A stretch of DNA of 64,000 bases from Elusimicrobiales bacterium (GTDB lineage Bacteria; Elusimicrobiota; Elusimicrobia; Elusimicrobiales; UBA9959), in assembly GCA_028713125.1 (NCBI GenBank), contig JAQTOU010000003.1, positions 467,286 to 531,285 of the forward strand. Direction: 5' to 3'. Below are positions 32,242 through 41,645 of the stretch, one piece after another (the stretch's first letter is position 1; every line of letters begins with the position of its first letter). The notes under the pieces were generated by a model. The model did not search any database. It was not told the origin of the DNA and worked only from the letters and a program-made list of their open reading frames with translations. The position numbers were made by a program, and so were the translations under genes.

Positions 32242-32646
32242 ATGAACAAACACGGAAATATTGCTTACGCTGCGGCGCTGGCAGCAGTCATGTCTTTAGC
32301 CGGGTGCACGGCTAAGTCCGGAGGAACGGTTCACATCGCTTCCCTCTCGCCTGAGGCTTATGCGACGGTGCGGGTAGGGGATAAAGTGGATCTTAAGGTG
32401 GAAGTTGATTATACGCTGGAGAAAAAGACAGGGACGATCTCCCTGGTGGTTCAGAAAGACGACAATTCTTCGCTGGGTTCCGTCACTGAGAAAGTGAAAG
32501 AGGGAAGCGGGCGCGTAACTTTAAAACATACCTTTACCGTGCCTGAAACCCGCACAGTAACCGTCTTCGTGCCGATGGACCTGGAGGGGTATAATAAAAC
32601 CATGATAGTGGACAGCAGGACTTACAATATAGCCCCCAGGAAATAA
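32242..32646 (+). CDS. lipoprotein, unknown function
   Basis: 134 aa with an AAGGAG RBS. Lipobox MSLAGC. Confidence 0.6.
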   Translation: MNKHGNIAYAAALAAVMSLAGCTAKSGGTVHIASLSPEAYATVRVGDKVDLKVEVDYTLEKKTGTISLVVQKDDNSSLGSVTEKVKEGSGRVTLKHTFTVPETRTVTVFVPMDLEGYNKTMIVDSRTYNIAPRK

Positions 32647-32662
32647 TCGCGGCAATAGCGGT

Positions 32663-32695
32663 AAAAAAAGCCGGCCTATAGAGGCCGGCTTTTTA
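32663..32695. terminator. bidirectional intrinsic terminator
   Basis: aaaaaaagccggcct-ataga-ggccggcttttt lies between convergent genes. Confidence 0.75.
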
Positions 32696-32718
32696 AATTC
32701 TATTTTATCGCGGATGTT

Positions 32719-34038
32719 TTACAGCCTGCCGGATTTAATGTGGCTAAGGGGGCGGCCGTCGTAATCTTTCTCTATGGCGTCCATGACTTTTTCAAGCACG
32801 GCCTGGTCCCGGCCGTAAATTTTCAAAAGCCGGCTTATGAGCCCGCGCGAATAGTCGTTGCGGGGCAGCCAGACGCGTTTAAGGATCTCGTTAGCGTTCG
32901 CCTGGGCGTGCTGGGAGGAGAGAAGCTCCACTTCGATGCTCTGGTTCGCCTGGTCCCGCAGGCTTTCAAGCTGGTGATAGTAAGCGCGCAGCACCGGGTT
33001 CGGGCTTTTGGCCATCGCGCTCCAGTCGTCCACCAAATTCTCGAGCAGGCGCTCGGTGAAATAACCCATTTCTTTGGCTAAAGCCCAGTTAGGAGCGGTC
33101 TTTTCCGCGTAACCGGTGATGAAGATCGCCGCGTCCGCTTTAGCGCTCTCGTCCGCGCTGGCCTGGCCGAAATCGTAATGCGCGCCGGAGGGCCTCCACG
33201 CTTTCCTGCCGTGTATGGTTTCCGGGCTGCTGAAAGAACTTCCCCCGTCGAAGATCCCCGGCTTCCATTCATTAGGTTCCGGCTCGTAGGCTTTTTCAAG
33301 AAGGGCGATGCGGTAGAGATGCTGCTTTAGATAGCTCTTTTTGTGGAAGATAAGGCCGCCGCCCAGGTAGTAGACGCCGTGGTCCCCGTCGTTCAGTACA
33401 AGTATGTCCCCGGGCTGGAGGTTCGAGGCGGGCACGCTTTTATAGTACATCGAGAGAAGCTGGTCGGCTTCGGGGTTCCCGACGTGGCGGAGTTTGCCGG
33501 GTTCCATCATACCCGCGGCGGTGAAAGCCGCGTTAAAACAGTTTGGGCCCGCGAAATTAGGTTCGCGGTTGAAGAGCGCCGCGGCGCCGGCCGGGAGGAA
33601 AGAGTTCAGTGAAACGATAGCGGCGCCGGGATTCCGGGCCGCAAGTTCAAGCTCGGCCTTGGATTGCGGCTGTATGACCGCGGCTTTTGCGGCGGAGGAA
33701 GCTGCGAAAGCGGGGCGCAGTTTGGCCGAGAGAGTTCCCAAATTGGTCCCGGGACTGAGGACGGCGAGCAGATTGTTCCCGCCACCTATGTTCGGGACCA
33801 CTACGTCCACGCCGTTCACTTTATAAGCGGCGAAGGATACGGCGGACTGTTCCGGAGCGGCTTTTAAATTTTCAGGGAGAGGCGCCGCGGGGAGCGGGAT
33901 CTTTGAGACGGCGGCTCCGGCTATCTGGGCGGCGCCGATCCCCTGCAATTCAAAAGCCGCGAGGTTTGCGGATAGCGCGAAAGGCAGAAAAATAAAAAGG
34001 GCTTTCCTCACGGGCAATCCTCCGGGATATCGGCTCAT
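32719..34038 (-). CDS. secreted hypothetical protein, possible papain-like (Cys...His) hydrolase core
   Basis: 439 aa with a signal peptide. GPNCFNAAF ... GDILVLNDGDHGVYYLGGG resembles the NlpC/P60-type Cys and His blocks. The call is weak. Confidence 0.45.
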   Translation of the reverse strand: MSRYPGGLPVRKALFIFLPFALSANLAAFELQGIGAAQIAGAAVSKIPLPAAPLPENLKAAPEQSAVSFAAYKVNGVDVVVPNIGGGNNLLAVLSPGTNLGTLSAKLRPAFAASSAAKAAVIQPQSKAELELAARNPGAAIVSLNSFLPAGAAALFNREPNFAGPNCFNAAFTAAGMMEPGKLRHVGNPEADQLLSMYYKSVPASNLQPGDILVLNDGDHGVYYLGGGLIFHKKSYLKQHLYRIALLEKAYEPEPNEWKPGIFDGGSSFSSPETIHGRKAWRPSGAHYDFGQASADESAKADAAIFITGYAEKTAPNWALAKEMGYFTERLLENLVDDWSAMAKSPNPVLRAYYHQLESLRDQANQSIEVELLSSQHAQANANEILKRVWLPRNDYSRGLISRLLKIYGRDQAVLEKVMDAIEKDYDGRPLSHIKSGRL

Positions 34039-34132
34039 TAAGTATATTTTAGCCGGTATCCTTCAAATGCGTAAGAGTCTTTAGGCCGCCGCGAGGCCGG
34101 GTCTAATGGCCCAGATGAAAAAACACGGCAAT

Positions 34133-34162
34133 AAAAAAGGCGCCCTGCCGGCGCCTTCTTTA
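34133..34162 (-). terminator. intrinsic terminator of the M20 peptidase gene
   Basis: ggcgcc-ctgcc-ggcgcc stem. On the minus strand it is followed by ttttttatt. Confidence 0.6.
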
Positions 34163-34176
34163 TTCCGGCGATGCCG

Positions 34177-35412
34177 CTATTTCTTGCAGAGCAGCAGCGT
34201 GGTGACGGCGAAGACTTTCGCGTCGCCCATCATGTGGTCTATAACGCAGTACTCATTGGGCATGTGGGCCGTTTCATTGAGCCTGGCGTAAACAACTACC
34301 GGAAGGTTCAGGCGCCTGAAGAAAGCCGCCACGGTTCCGCCGCCGATGCCGTAAGCTTTCGCTTTTACGCCCAGGACTTCCTTGATCGCTTTTTTGAGGG
34401 CGGTCACGATCTCGGCCTTCGGGTCGGTGGGGGGCGCGGCCTGCGCTTCCTGCTGGGGCTCGAAAGAGATCTTCACCCCGAACTTCGCTTCCACTTCGTC
34501 GGCCATTTTGCGCATCTCGGCCTTCACGTCGGCAAGCTGGTAGCAGGGCATCACGCGGCAGTCCATGTAGAACACGTCTTCGCCTGGCAGAGTGTTCACG
34601 TTCGGGACATTGTTCTCTTTTTTCGTGGGCTCGAAAGTGCTGATGGGCGGCTCGTACAGTTTGTCCTTCTTCGGGAACTTCTTGTAGAGCTTCTGGTACT
34701 TGGTGATAAGCTCGCTGGCGGCTTTGAAAGCGTTGATACCGAGCTTCGGGCGGCTGGCGTGGCACTGCTTTCCGTGCGTTATCACTTTCATCCACATTAT
34801 CGATTTCTCGGCTACTTCTATCAGCGAGCCGTCCTCGGTGCCGGAGTCGGGCACGAAGAACATATCGTCTTTTCCGAAGATCTCGGGCTTATTGTCGGAG
34901 ATATAATCAGCGCCGAAGCCGGAGCCGGTTTCTTCGTCGGCGCAGAAAAGAAGGGCGATATCGTATTCCGGTCTGTAATCAAGCTCCATCATCGCTTTCA
35001 CGACCATGATGCTGGAGGCTATGGCCTGCTGGTTGTCCTCGACGCCGCGGCCGACTAGTTTGCGGCCCTGGACTTCCATCTTGTAGGGGTCGGATTTCCA
35101 AAGCTTAGCTTCGCCGGGGGGAACCACGTCCAGGTGGGCCATGAACCAGATGGTCTTCGCCGAGCTTTTGCCCTTGTAGCGGGCTATTACATTAGGGCGT
35201 ATACCGTTCTTGGCCTCGGGCTGCGGGGCGTTTATCCATTCGATAGAGTCAAATTTAAGTTTCTTCAGCTCGCCTTCGAGCCATTTGGCCTTGTCGTATT
35301 CGCCGGTTCCGCCGCTCGAAGGGGCGAGCGCCGGGATCGCGGTGAGCCCGCGCTGAAGCTCTATGGCGTAGCTCTCGTAGGATTCTATTTTTTTGAGTAT
35401 CTGGTCTTTCAT
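34177..35412 (-). CDS. M20 family metallopeptidase (ArgE/DapE/ACY1-like)
   Basis: 411 aa. MAHLDVVPPG, GRGVEDNQQ and CADEETGSGFGADY are metal-ligand blocks of M20. Confidence 0.8.
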   Translation of the reverse strand: MKDQILKKIESYESYAIELQRGLTAIPALAPSSGGTGEYDKAKWLEGELKKLKFDSIEWINAPQPEAKNGIRPNVIARYKGKSSAKTIWFMAHLDVVPPGEAKLWKSDPYKMEVQGRKLVGRGVEDNQQAIASSIMVVKAMMELDYRPEYDIALLFCADEETGSGFGADYISDNKPEIFGKDDMFFVPDSGTEDGSLIEVAEKSIMWMKVITHGKQCHASRPKLGINAFKAASELITKYQKLYKKFPKKDKLYEPPISTFEPTKKENNVPNVNTLPGEDVFYMDCRVMPCYQLADVKAEMRKMADEVEAKFGVKISFEPQQEAQAAPPTDPKAEIVTALKKAIKEVLGVKAKAYGIGGGTVAAFFRRLNLPVVVYARLNETAHMPNEYCVIDHMMGDAKVFAVTTLLLCKK

Positions 35413-35502
35413 GGCGGCTCCTTAAAGAAAGTGGAATACAAAAAGTATACCTAAATTCGGGCCTTCCGGTAACCGAAAGCCAAACAAGGTATAATTTCCC
35501 AT

Positions 35503-36399
35503 ATGGAAAAGCCCTCCGGCCGCCCTAAACTCTGGACCGATCTCGGCCTGTTTTACTGCGCCGCTATCTGGGGCTCCACTTTCATCGTAGTTAAAGACGC
35601 CCTGGCCGGGGTGCACCCTGTGGCAATGGTGGCTATCCGCTTCGGCATCGCGGCCCTTATCCTCCTGCCCTGGGCGCTCCGCCGCCCAAAATTCACAGAC
35701 CAGCTTAAAGAAGGAGCAATACTTTCCGTTTTCCTGACGGCACTTTACGTCACCCAGACTTACGGCCTTCTTTTTACCACGGCCGCAAATTCCGGTTTTA
35801 TCACCGGGCTCTTCATCATCTTTATCCCGGTTTTCATGTTCCTGCTTCGCCGCCAGCGCCCGAAATGGCTGGAGGGGATCTCGGCCTGCCTCGCCGTCTA
35901 CGGGCTCTGGCTTCTTACCGGCGGGGCCGGCGGGTTCAATAAAGGGGACGCCCTGACTTTGGTGGCCGCCGTCACCTATGCCGCGCATGTGGCTTTCACG
36001 GATAAGTATATGAAGGCGAACGCCGATATGCTTTTGCTCGCTTTCCACCAGTTCTGGTGCGTCTCCCTTACTTCTTTCCTGCTCGCAACGGTAATGGGCT
36101 ACCCGCTGGCCGTGGCCGGTCCTAAATTATGGGGGATAATTACTTTCCTGGCGGTATTCCCTACGCTTACGGCCTATTTCATCCAGATGGTGGCGCAGAA
36201 AGAAAGCGAGCCTTTCAAAGTGGGCCTTATCTTCACTCTCGAGCCGGTCTTCGCCGCGCTTTTCGCCTGGACCCTCGGCGGCGAGGAATTCATCCTTATA
36301 AAGGCCGCCGGCGGCTTCCTTATAGTTTCCGGGATGATGCTCGGCGAGCTGGCCGTTTTTAAATCAAAGGACGCCCCAAAAGCGATCTTCGAAGGTTAG
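35503..36399 (+). CDS. EamA/DMT superfamily transporter
   Basis: 298 aa, 10 TM, two EamA-like halves (AAIWGSTFIVVKDAL...). Confidence 0.8.
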   Translation: MEKPSGRPKLWTDLGLFYCAAIWGSTFIVVKDALAGVHPVAMVAIRFGIAALILLPWALRRPKFTDQLKEGAILSVFLTALYVTQTYGLLFTTAANSGFITGLFIIFIPVFMFLLRRQRPKWLEGISACLAVYGLWLLTGGAGGFNKGDALTLVAAVTYAAHVAFTDKYMKANADMLLLAFHQFWCVSLTSFLLATVMGYPLAVAGPKLWGIITFLAVFPTLTAYFIQMVAQKESEPFKVGLIFTLEPVFAALFAWTLGGEEFILIKAAGGFLIVSGMMLGELAVFKSKDAPKAIFEG

Positions 36400-36479
36400 T
36401 TGCCCGGCTTAAGGTTTTTCAAGTAGAATAAAGTTGCTGGCTTTATATTTATAAATTTATATTTTAGACTGGAGGCATC

Positions 36480-37616
36480 ATGAAAATAGGCGTATTCGGT
36501 TCCGGACTCGTGGGCTCGGCGATGGCGAAGGACCTGGCGGACGAAAAGGGCTGGAAAGTGACCGTCCTCGACGCCTCCGAAAAATCTTTGGACAAACTGC
36601 GCTCCGACAAGCGCCTTACCCTGCTCAAGGCCGACCTTTCTAAAAGCTCCGAAGTGAAAAAAGCGGCGGAGAAATTCGACCTCGTCATCGGTGCGCTGCC
36701 CGGCTTCATGGGCTTCGAGACCGTAAAGGCCGTTATCGAGGCGAAGCGCAATATCGTAGACATCTCTTTCTTCCCCGAGGACCCTTTCAAGCTTGACGCG
36801 CTGGCGAAGAAAAATAATGTGACCGCGATAGTGGACTGCGGCGTGGCCCCCGGCTGCAGCAATATGCTCAGCGCGCGCGGCGCGGCCCTGCTCGACAAGC
36901 CCGACACGGCCCTCTGCTACGTCGGCGGCCTCCCGAAGGTGCGCACCTGGCCCTACGAGTATAAAATAGTCTTCTCCGCCGTGGACGTGATAGAGGAGTA
37001 CACCCGCCCCGCCCGCTACATAGAGAACAATGTGGCCGTGGTCCGGCCCGCCCTGTCCGATCCCGAATTCCTCGATTTCGAGGGCGTGGGCACGCTTGAA
37101 GCTTTCAATACTGACGGCCTGCGCACCCTGGCCGACACGCTGAAGCTGCCCAATATGAAAGAAAAGACCATGCGCTATCCCGGGCATATCGAGAAGATGC
37201 GCGTGCTGCGGGAAACCGGCTATTTCTCCAAAGAGCCGGTGCAGGTAGGCGACGTCATGGTCAGGCCGCTAGATCTCACCGCCAAGCTGATGTTCCCGAT
37301 GTGGAAGCTCCAGCCCGGCGAGCACGACGTGACCATCATGCGCGTGATCGTGGAAGGCCTGAAGAAAGGCAAAAAGACCCGGATCACCTGGGACCTGAAC
37401 GACCAGTACGACGCGAAGACCGGCACTACCTCCATGGCGCGCACCACCGGCTACACCGCCACGGTAGCGGCCCGGATGTTCCTGTCGGGGACTTTTACCC
37501 GCAAGGGCATCTGCCCGCCCGAATTCTTCGGCATGGAAGACAAGGCCTTTAAGTTCATGATAGCCGGCATGAAAGCCCGGAACATCAACTACGTGGAGAA
37601 GATAGAGACAATATGA
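36480..37616 (+). CDS. saccharopine dehydrogenase family oxidoreductase
   Basis: 378 aa. N-terminal Rossmann motif MKIGVFGSGLVGSAMAKDLA. The central VDCGVAPGCSNM block is typical of the family. Confidence 0.7.
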   Translation: MKIGVFGSGLVGSAMAKDLADEKGWKVTVLDASEKSLDKLRSDKRLTLLKADLSKSSEVKKAAEKFDLVIGALPGFMGFETVKAVIEAKRNIVDISFFPEDPFKLDALAKKNNVTAIVDCGVAPGCSNMLSARGAALLDKPDTALCYVGGLPKVRTWPYEYKIVFSAVDVIEEYTRPARYIENNVAVVRPALSDPEFLDFEGVGTLEAFNTDGLRTLADTLKLPNMKEKTMRYPGHIEKMRVLRETGYFSKEPVQVGDVMVRPLDLTAKLMFPMWKLQPGEHDVTIMRVIVEGLKKGKKTRITWDLNDQYDAKTGTTSMARTTGYTATVAARMFLSGTFTRKGICPPEFFGMEDKAFKFMIAGMKARNINYVEKIETI

Positions 37617-38815
37617 AAAAATTACTCCTCGCCCTTGTCCTTGCCGCTATCGCCTTTCCCCTCGGCGCCGCGGAGCTGCAGTTCGTGGAGAGCGCTCCCG
37701 ACGAGACCGTTTACGGCTCCGCCCTTTCGGCGCGGCCGCAGGCCGTCTGGCTGGAGATGATAGGCGCGGCGGCCAAAACGCTGGACATCGAGGAGTTCTA
37801 CATAGCCGACCAGGCCGGCGAAGTTCTTGAGCCGGTGCTGGCGGCCGTGAAAGGCGCTGTTAAAAGAGGCGTCAAAGTGCGCGTCATTGTCGAGAAAGTG
37901 ATGGTGAAAGAGAGCGAAAAATCCCTGCCCGCCCTCAAAGAGGCCGGCGTGGAGACGCGGGTGATAGAATTCAAGAAGGCGGGCGGCGGCGTGCAGCACG
38001 CAAAGTTCTTCATCGTCGACGGCAAAGACGCCTACATCGGAAGCCAGAACCTGGACTGGCGCTCGCTGAAGCATATCCACGAGCTGGGCCTGCGGATAAA
38101 GAGCGCGAAGGCCGCTTCCGACCTCTCAAGGATCTTCGAGGCGGACTGGGCCCTGGCCGGCGGCGCCGAGGCGAAGAAGATGTTCGCCAAGAAAGGCAAA
38201 GCCGAGATCTCAGCCTCCAAGCCGGAAAAAGCGGCTGTCAACGGCGGGGAAGTTTCTTACAGCCTGGCTTACAGCCCGGTGAACTTCGTTCCCAAAGGTG
38301 CGGACACAGAAATAACTGAATTGCTTAAAGCCGTGGGCGCCGCGAAAAAGACCATACGCGGCCAGGTGATGACCTACTCGCTTATGGAGCACGGCTCGAA
38401 GCGCTGGGCCGACCTCGATACGGCTTTCCGCAAGGCCGCCGCGAAAGGCGTCAAAGTCGAGCTGGTCTTCGCCGACTGGGCGATGGGCGGCAAGGCCGAC
38501 CGGGATATAAAAGCGCTGGCGAAAACCGAGAATATCGAAGTTAAAATTTCCATCCTGCCGCAGCACAGCTCCGGGATGATACCGTTCTCGCGCGTTGAGC
38601 ATTTGAAATACCTGGTGATAGACGGCGAGACCGGCTATGTCACCACTTCCAACTGGGGCCCCGGCTATTTCCTGACCTCCCGCGGCGTAGCGGTTTTCAC
38701 CAAAGGCGCCGCGGCCGCCTCCGTTCTGGAAGACATCTTCGCCAAAACCTGGGCCGGCCCCTACGTGCAGCCCGTAGACCCGCTTAAAGAATACCAGCCT
38801 GTAAAGCGGAACTGA
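37613..38815 (+). CDS. secreted phospholipase D family protein (two HKD motifs)
   Basis: 400 aa. ATGA-type overlap with the preceding gene. Signal peptide present. The HKD motifs are HAKFFIVDGKDAYIGSQNLD and HLKYLVIDGETGYVTTSNW. Confidence 0.85.
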   Translation: MKKLLLALVLAAIAFPLGAAELQFVESAPDETVYGSALSARPQAVWLEMIGAAAKTLDIEEFYIADQAGEVLEPVLAAVKGAVKRGVKVRVIVEKVMVKESEKSLPALKEAGVETRVIEFKKAGGGVQHAKFFIVDGKDAYIGSQNLDWRSLKHIHELGLRIKSAKAASDLSRIFEADWALAGGAEAKKMFAKKGKAEISASKPEKAAVNGGEVSYSLAYSPVNFVPKGADTEITELLKAVGAAKKTIRGQVMTYSLMEHGSKRWADLDTAFRKAAAKGVKVELVFADWAMGGKADRDIKALAKTENIEVKISILPQHSSGMIPFSRVEHLKYLVIDGETGYVTTSNWGPGYFLTSRGVAVFTKGAAAASVLEDIFAKTWAGPYVQPVDPLKEYQPVKRN

Positions 38816-38819
38816 CCCC

Positions 38820-41411
38820 CTATCCCCAGGGGGGCTCTTTCCCGGTCACTTTCAGCCAGGGCAGGCTTTGGAAATGTTCCGGCGGGTGGCCGGTGCTAAG
38901 GGTCAGGTCGGTGAAGCCCTGGCCGCGCAGCTTCCCGGCGACCTCCTCGCCCTTAACTCCCCTGCCCAGCTCGGAATCTATATAAAGCGGCGTATCTTTA
39001 GGCAGGCCCTCCAGCCCGGTGGCCAACTCTTCAGGGGTTTCATAGGCGCTGAATTCTACTCCGGCCGACTTCGCGGCCAGCTTCCAGTTCATCTGCACCA
39101 GCATATCGTCGTCCAGCAGCACGGCGCGGGTCGGCCGTTTTACGGTCATGACCGAGATCGGGACCAGGCCGGCCAGCCCTTTCTGGACTATCCTTATCTT
39201 GAGCCGCCTCGCTTCTTCTATCACCGGTTTCTCCTCGTGGCGGCTGGTCACTAGTATCACCCGGGAGCCCAGGCCGAGCTCCCGCGCGAGGCTCAGCCCG
39301 GTTTCGGTATAACCGATCAGCTCGTAATCGAAAAGATAGAGAGCGCCCATGGCTTTCTCCCTGTCGCTCTGCACCCATTTCCGCAGCCGCACCGGCTCGA
39401 TGAAATGGATGATGTCTATATCGTGCTTCGCTACGCCAGCCTGCTTGAACCGGCCCTGCCACACGTGGTGGATGGTGGAATCGTCGTCGAGCACCACGAC
39501 CGGCCTGCCCGGGACCAGCTCCAGTCCCCGCACGAAATCCGCGGGCATTTCCGACCGCGGAAGCTTTACCGTGATGACGGTGCCTTTGCCCTGCTCCGAA
39601 GCTATGGCGAGGCTGCCGCCCCAGCTTTCAACCGCGCTCTTGGCGTGAGAAAGTCCCAGCCCGTAGCCGCCGGCCTTTCCGTAGGTCCCGCCGCGCTGCC
39701 CCAGCTTCTTCAGGATCTCCTTCGGTATGCCTTTGCCGGTGTCGGCGACCGTAAGCAGGACGGTTCCGTTCTCGTGCGTCAGGCCCAGCCTTACGGAGCC
39801 CCTCTCTCCCAGCACCTCTACCGCATTGTTGACCAGGTTTGAAATGACGCGCCCGAACTCCACCGGCTGGACCCTGGAGAAAAGTCCGTAGGATTCCTTC
39901 GTCAGCTCGAAATCTATGTGGATCCCCGGCCTGGAGCCGAACTGCATCCGCTTTTCCGTGATCACCGGGTCTATCACGCTTGAGAGCAGGCTCAGCTCCA
40001 GCGGCTCGCCGGCTCCGTCCTTGTCCGCGGCGGGCCGCAGGCGAGTTTTCTCCAGCAAATTATTGGCTATGTCGCGTATCCTGTTGACGGCGTGCCTCAC
40101 CATGACGCGCTGCTCCTCGGGCAGCTGGGACGCGTTCTTGAGCGAGGCGTCCAGCGCGGCCAGCGGCGAGCGGATATCGTGCGCGACCTGCGAAGCTATC
40201 TGCCCGACCGCGGCTATGCTGGTTACGCGGGTCAGGTCTTTCTGCATCTTGTTCCTCTCCCTGACGGCGAAATCCGTCTTGGAAGCGGCCAGGTAGATCT
40301 GCTCCATGTCAGTCAGGACTATGAAAACGAAGGAGAACAGCACGATGAAGATGCCGTAGGGTATCGTATTGGTACCGGAGATATAATTCGCGTAGACCAA
40401 AATATCATGGGTCAGGGCGGCCAGCAGGATGCCCGTCCCCGCCGCCCGGCTCGCATGATCCGGCAGTTCGCGGCGCTTGAAGAGGGTATGTCCGAGCACC
40501 AGGAGCAGGTTGAAATAGACGAAGTAAAGCCAGGCCGCGTAGAAGTCGGAAGTTCCTTTCAGGGTGGGGCTGAAGAGTATGCCGGCCAGGAACACGGCGC
40601 TGCCGGCCGCGTTGAAAGCCCTGAAATGCCGCGCCGACCGCAGATTGCCGTAAAAATAAGTAAGGAAGAAATAGAAGAACAGCGTCGCTACCGTGCAGTT
40701 GAACTTGTAGATCGCCGCGTAATCCATGATGAAGAAGTAGAGGACGCGGCTCAGTGAGAGCGAGAACAGCGCGCCGGCGACGCAGGCGGCCGAGAAAGTC
40801 CTGTAGCTGCTGAAGTTGGGATGGCGCCTGAACAGGCCGAAGATGAATACGCCGACGAAAGCGAACAGGATGGAAAGAAGCATCAGCAGGTCGGTCTGGA
40901 CATAGTTGCGCAGGCGGGTCTTCTGCCTTATATGGTCCCAGCTGCCAAGCTCCAGGTCGTCGAGCGGGCCGGAGCCGAGGCGGAAGAACTTGTCTATCTT
41001 CAGGACGGCCTCGTTCGTATCGCCGAGCAGCCAGCCGGGCAGGTAGTAAGAGCTGTGCACGGCCTGCAGGTGCCAGCCGGCGGCCGGGACCCGGCCGGTA
41101 AGGCCCAGCTTCTTCCCGTTGAGATAAAACTCGCTTACGTCCCCGGTCCTGCCGACGTAAATTGCGGGGTCCGTGAGGCCTTCGTAATCTTTTTTAAGGA
41201 TGGGCCAGCTTATGCAGTAGACCCCGGTCTTCCGCTCCAGGTATTTTTTAAGCTCGGGCAGCGTCCCCACTTTAACGCGGGCCGGGCCCGGCTTTTCGCA
41301 GGCGGGGCCTTCGGCGAAGGAGAAGATCTTCCCGCCCAGGTCCGCCGCCGCCGCCATATTGGACAGGGCCAGCGAGAGGAGAAGGGAAATAAAGGAGCTG
41401 CGTGTATTCAT
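38820..41411 (-). CDS. hybrid sensor histidine kinase, 7TMR-DISM type, with two receiver-like domains
   Basis: 863 aa. Signal peptide plus an extracellular domain, then seven TM helices. H-box SQVAHDIRSPLAAL, HATPase_c (VADTGKGIP, GGYGLGLS), then two receiver-like domains. The last 100 aa are paralogous to the other two kinases and end LPWLKVTGKEPPWG. Confidence 0.85.
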   Translation of the reverse strand: MNTRSSFISLLLSLALSNMAAAADLGGKIFSFAEGPACEKPGPARVKVGTLPELKKYLERKTGVYCISWPILKKDYEGLTDPAIYVGRTGDVSEFYLNGKKLGLTGRVPAAGWHLQAVHSSYYLPGWLLGDTNEAVLKIDKFFRLGSGPLDDLELGSWDHIRQKTRLRNYVQTDLLMLLSILFAFVGVFIFGLFRRHPNFSSYRTFSAACVAGALFSLSLSRVLYFFIMDYAAIYKFNCTVATLFFYFFLTYFYGNLRSARHFRAFNAAGSAVFLAGILFSPTLKGTSDFYAAWLYFVYFNLLLVLGHTLFKRRELPDHASRAAGTGILLAALTHDILVYANYISGTNTIPYGIFIVLFSFVFIVLTDMEQIYLAASKTDFAVRERNKMQKDLTRVTSIAAVGQIASQVAHDIRSPLAALDASLKNASQLPEEQRVMVRHAVNRIRDIANNLLEKTRLRPAADKDGAGEPLELSLLSSVIDPVITEKRMQFGSRPGIHIDFELTKESYGLFSRVQPVEFGRVISNLVNNAVEVLGERGSVRLGLTHENGTVLLTVADTGKGIPKEILKKLGQRGGTYGKAGGYGLGLSHAKSAVESWGGSLAIASEQGKGTVITVKLPRSEMPADFVRGLELVPGRPVVVLDDDSTIHHVWQGRFKQAGVAKHDIDIIHFIEPVRLRKWVQSDREKAMGALYLFDYELIGYTETGLSLARELGLGSRVILVTSRHEEKPVIEEARRLKIRIVQKGLAGLVPISVMTVKRPTRAVLLDDDMLVQMNWKLAAKSAGVEFSAYETPEELATGLEGLPKDTPLYIDSELGRGVKGEEVAGKLRGQGFTDLTLSTGHPPEHFQSLPWLKVTGKEPPWG

Positions 41412-41645
41412 TTTAGGCGCTTAACGGCTTTGTTTCAGCGCAGGCTTTATTATAGCGGTAAGCGGGAGCTTTTACAAATATGAGCGCAGGGCGGGCTCCG
41501 TCGGAGTCGGTAAAAAAACCCCGGTCTTTTTGTTATTATAGCGGGAGGCGGTTTTTATAGCTTGTCCGCGCGAAGGGGCCGCGGAAACCGCCGGGCAAAT
41601 GACGATAACAGCGATAATTCCGCATTCGATACCGAGGAGCTTTTA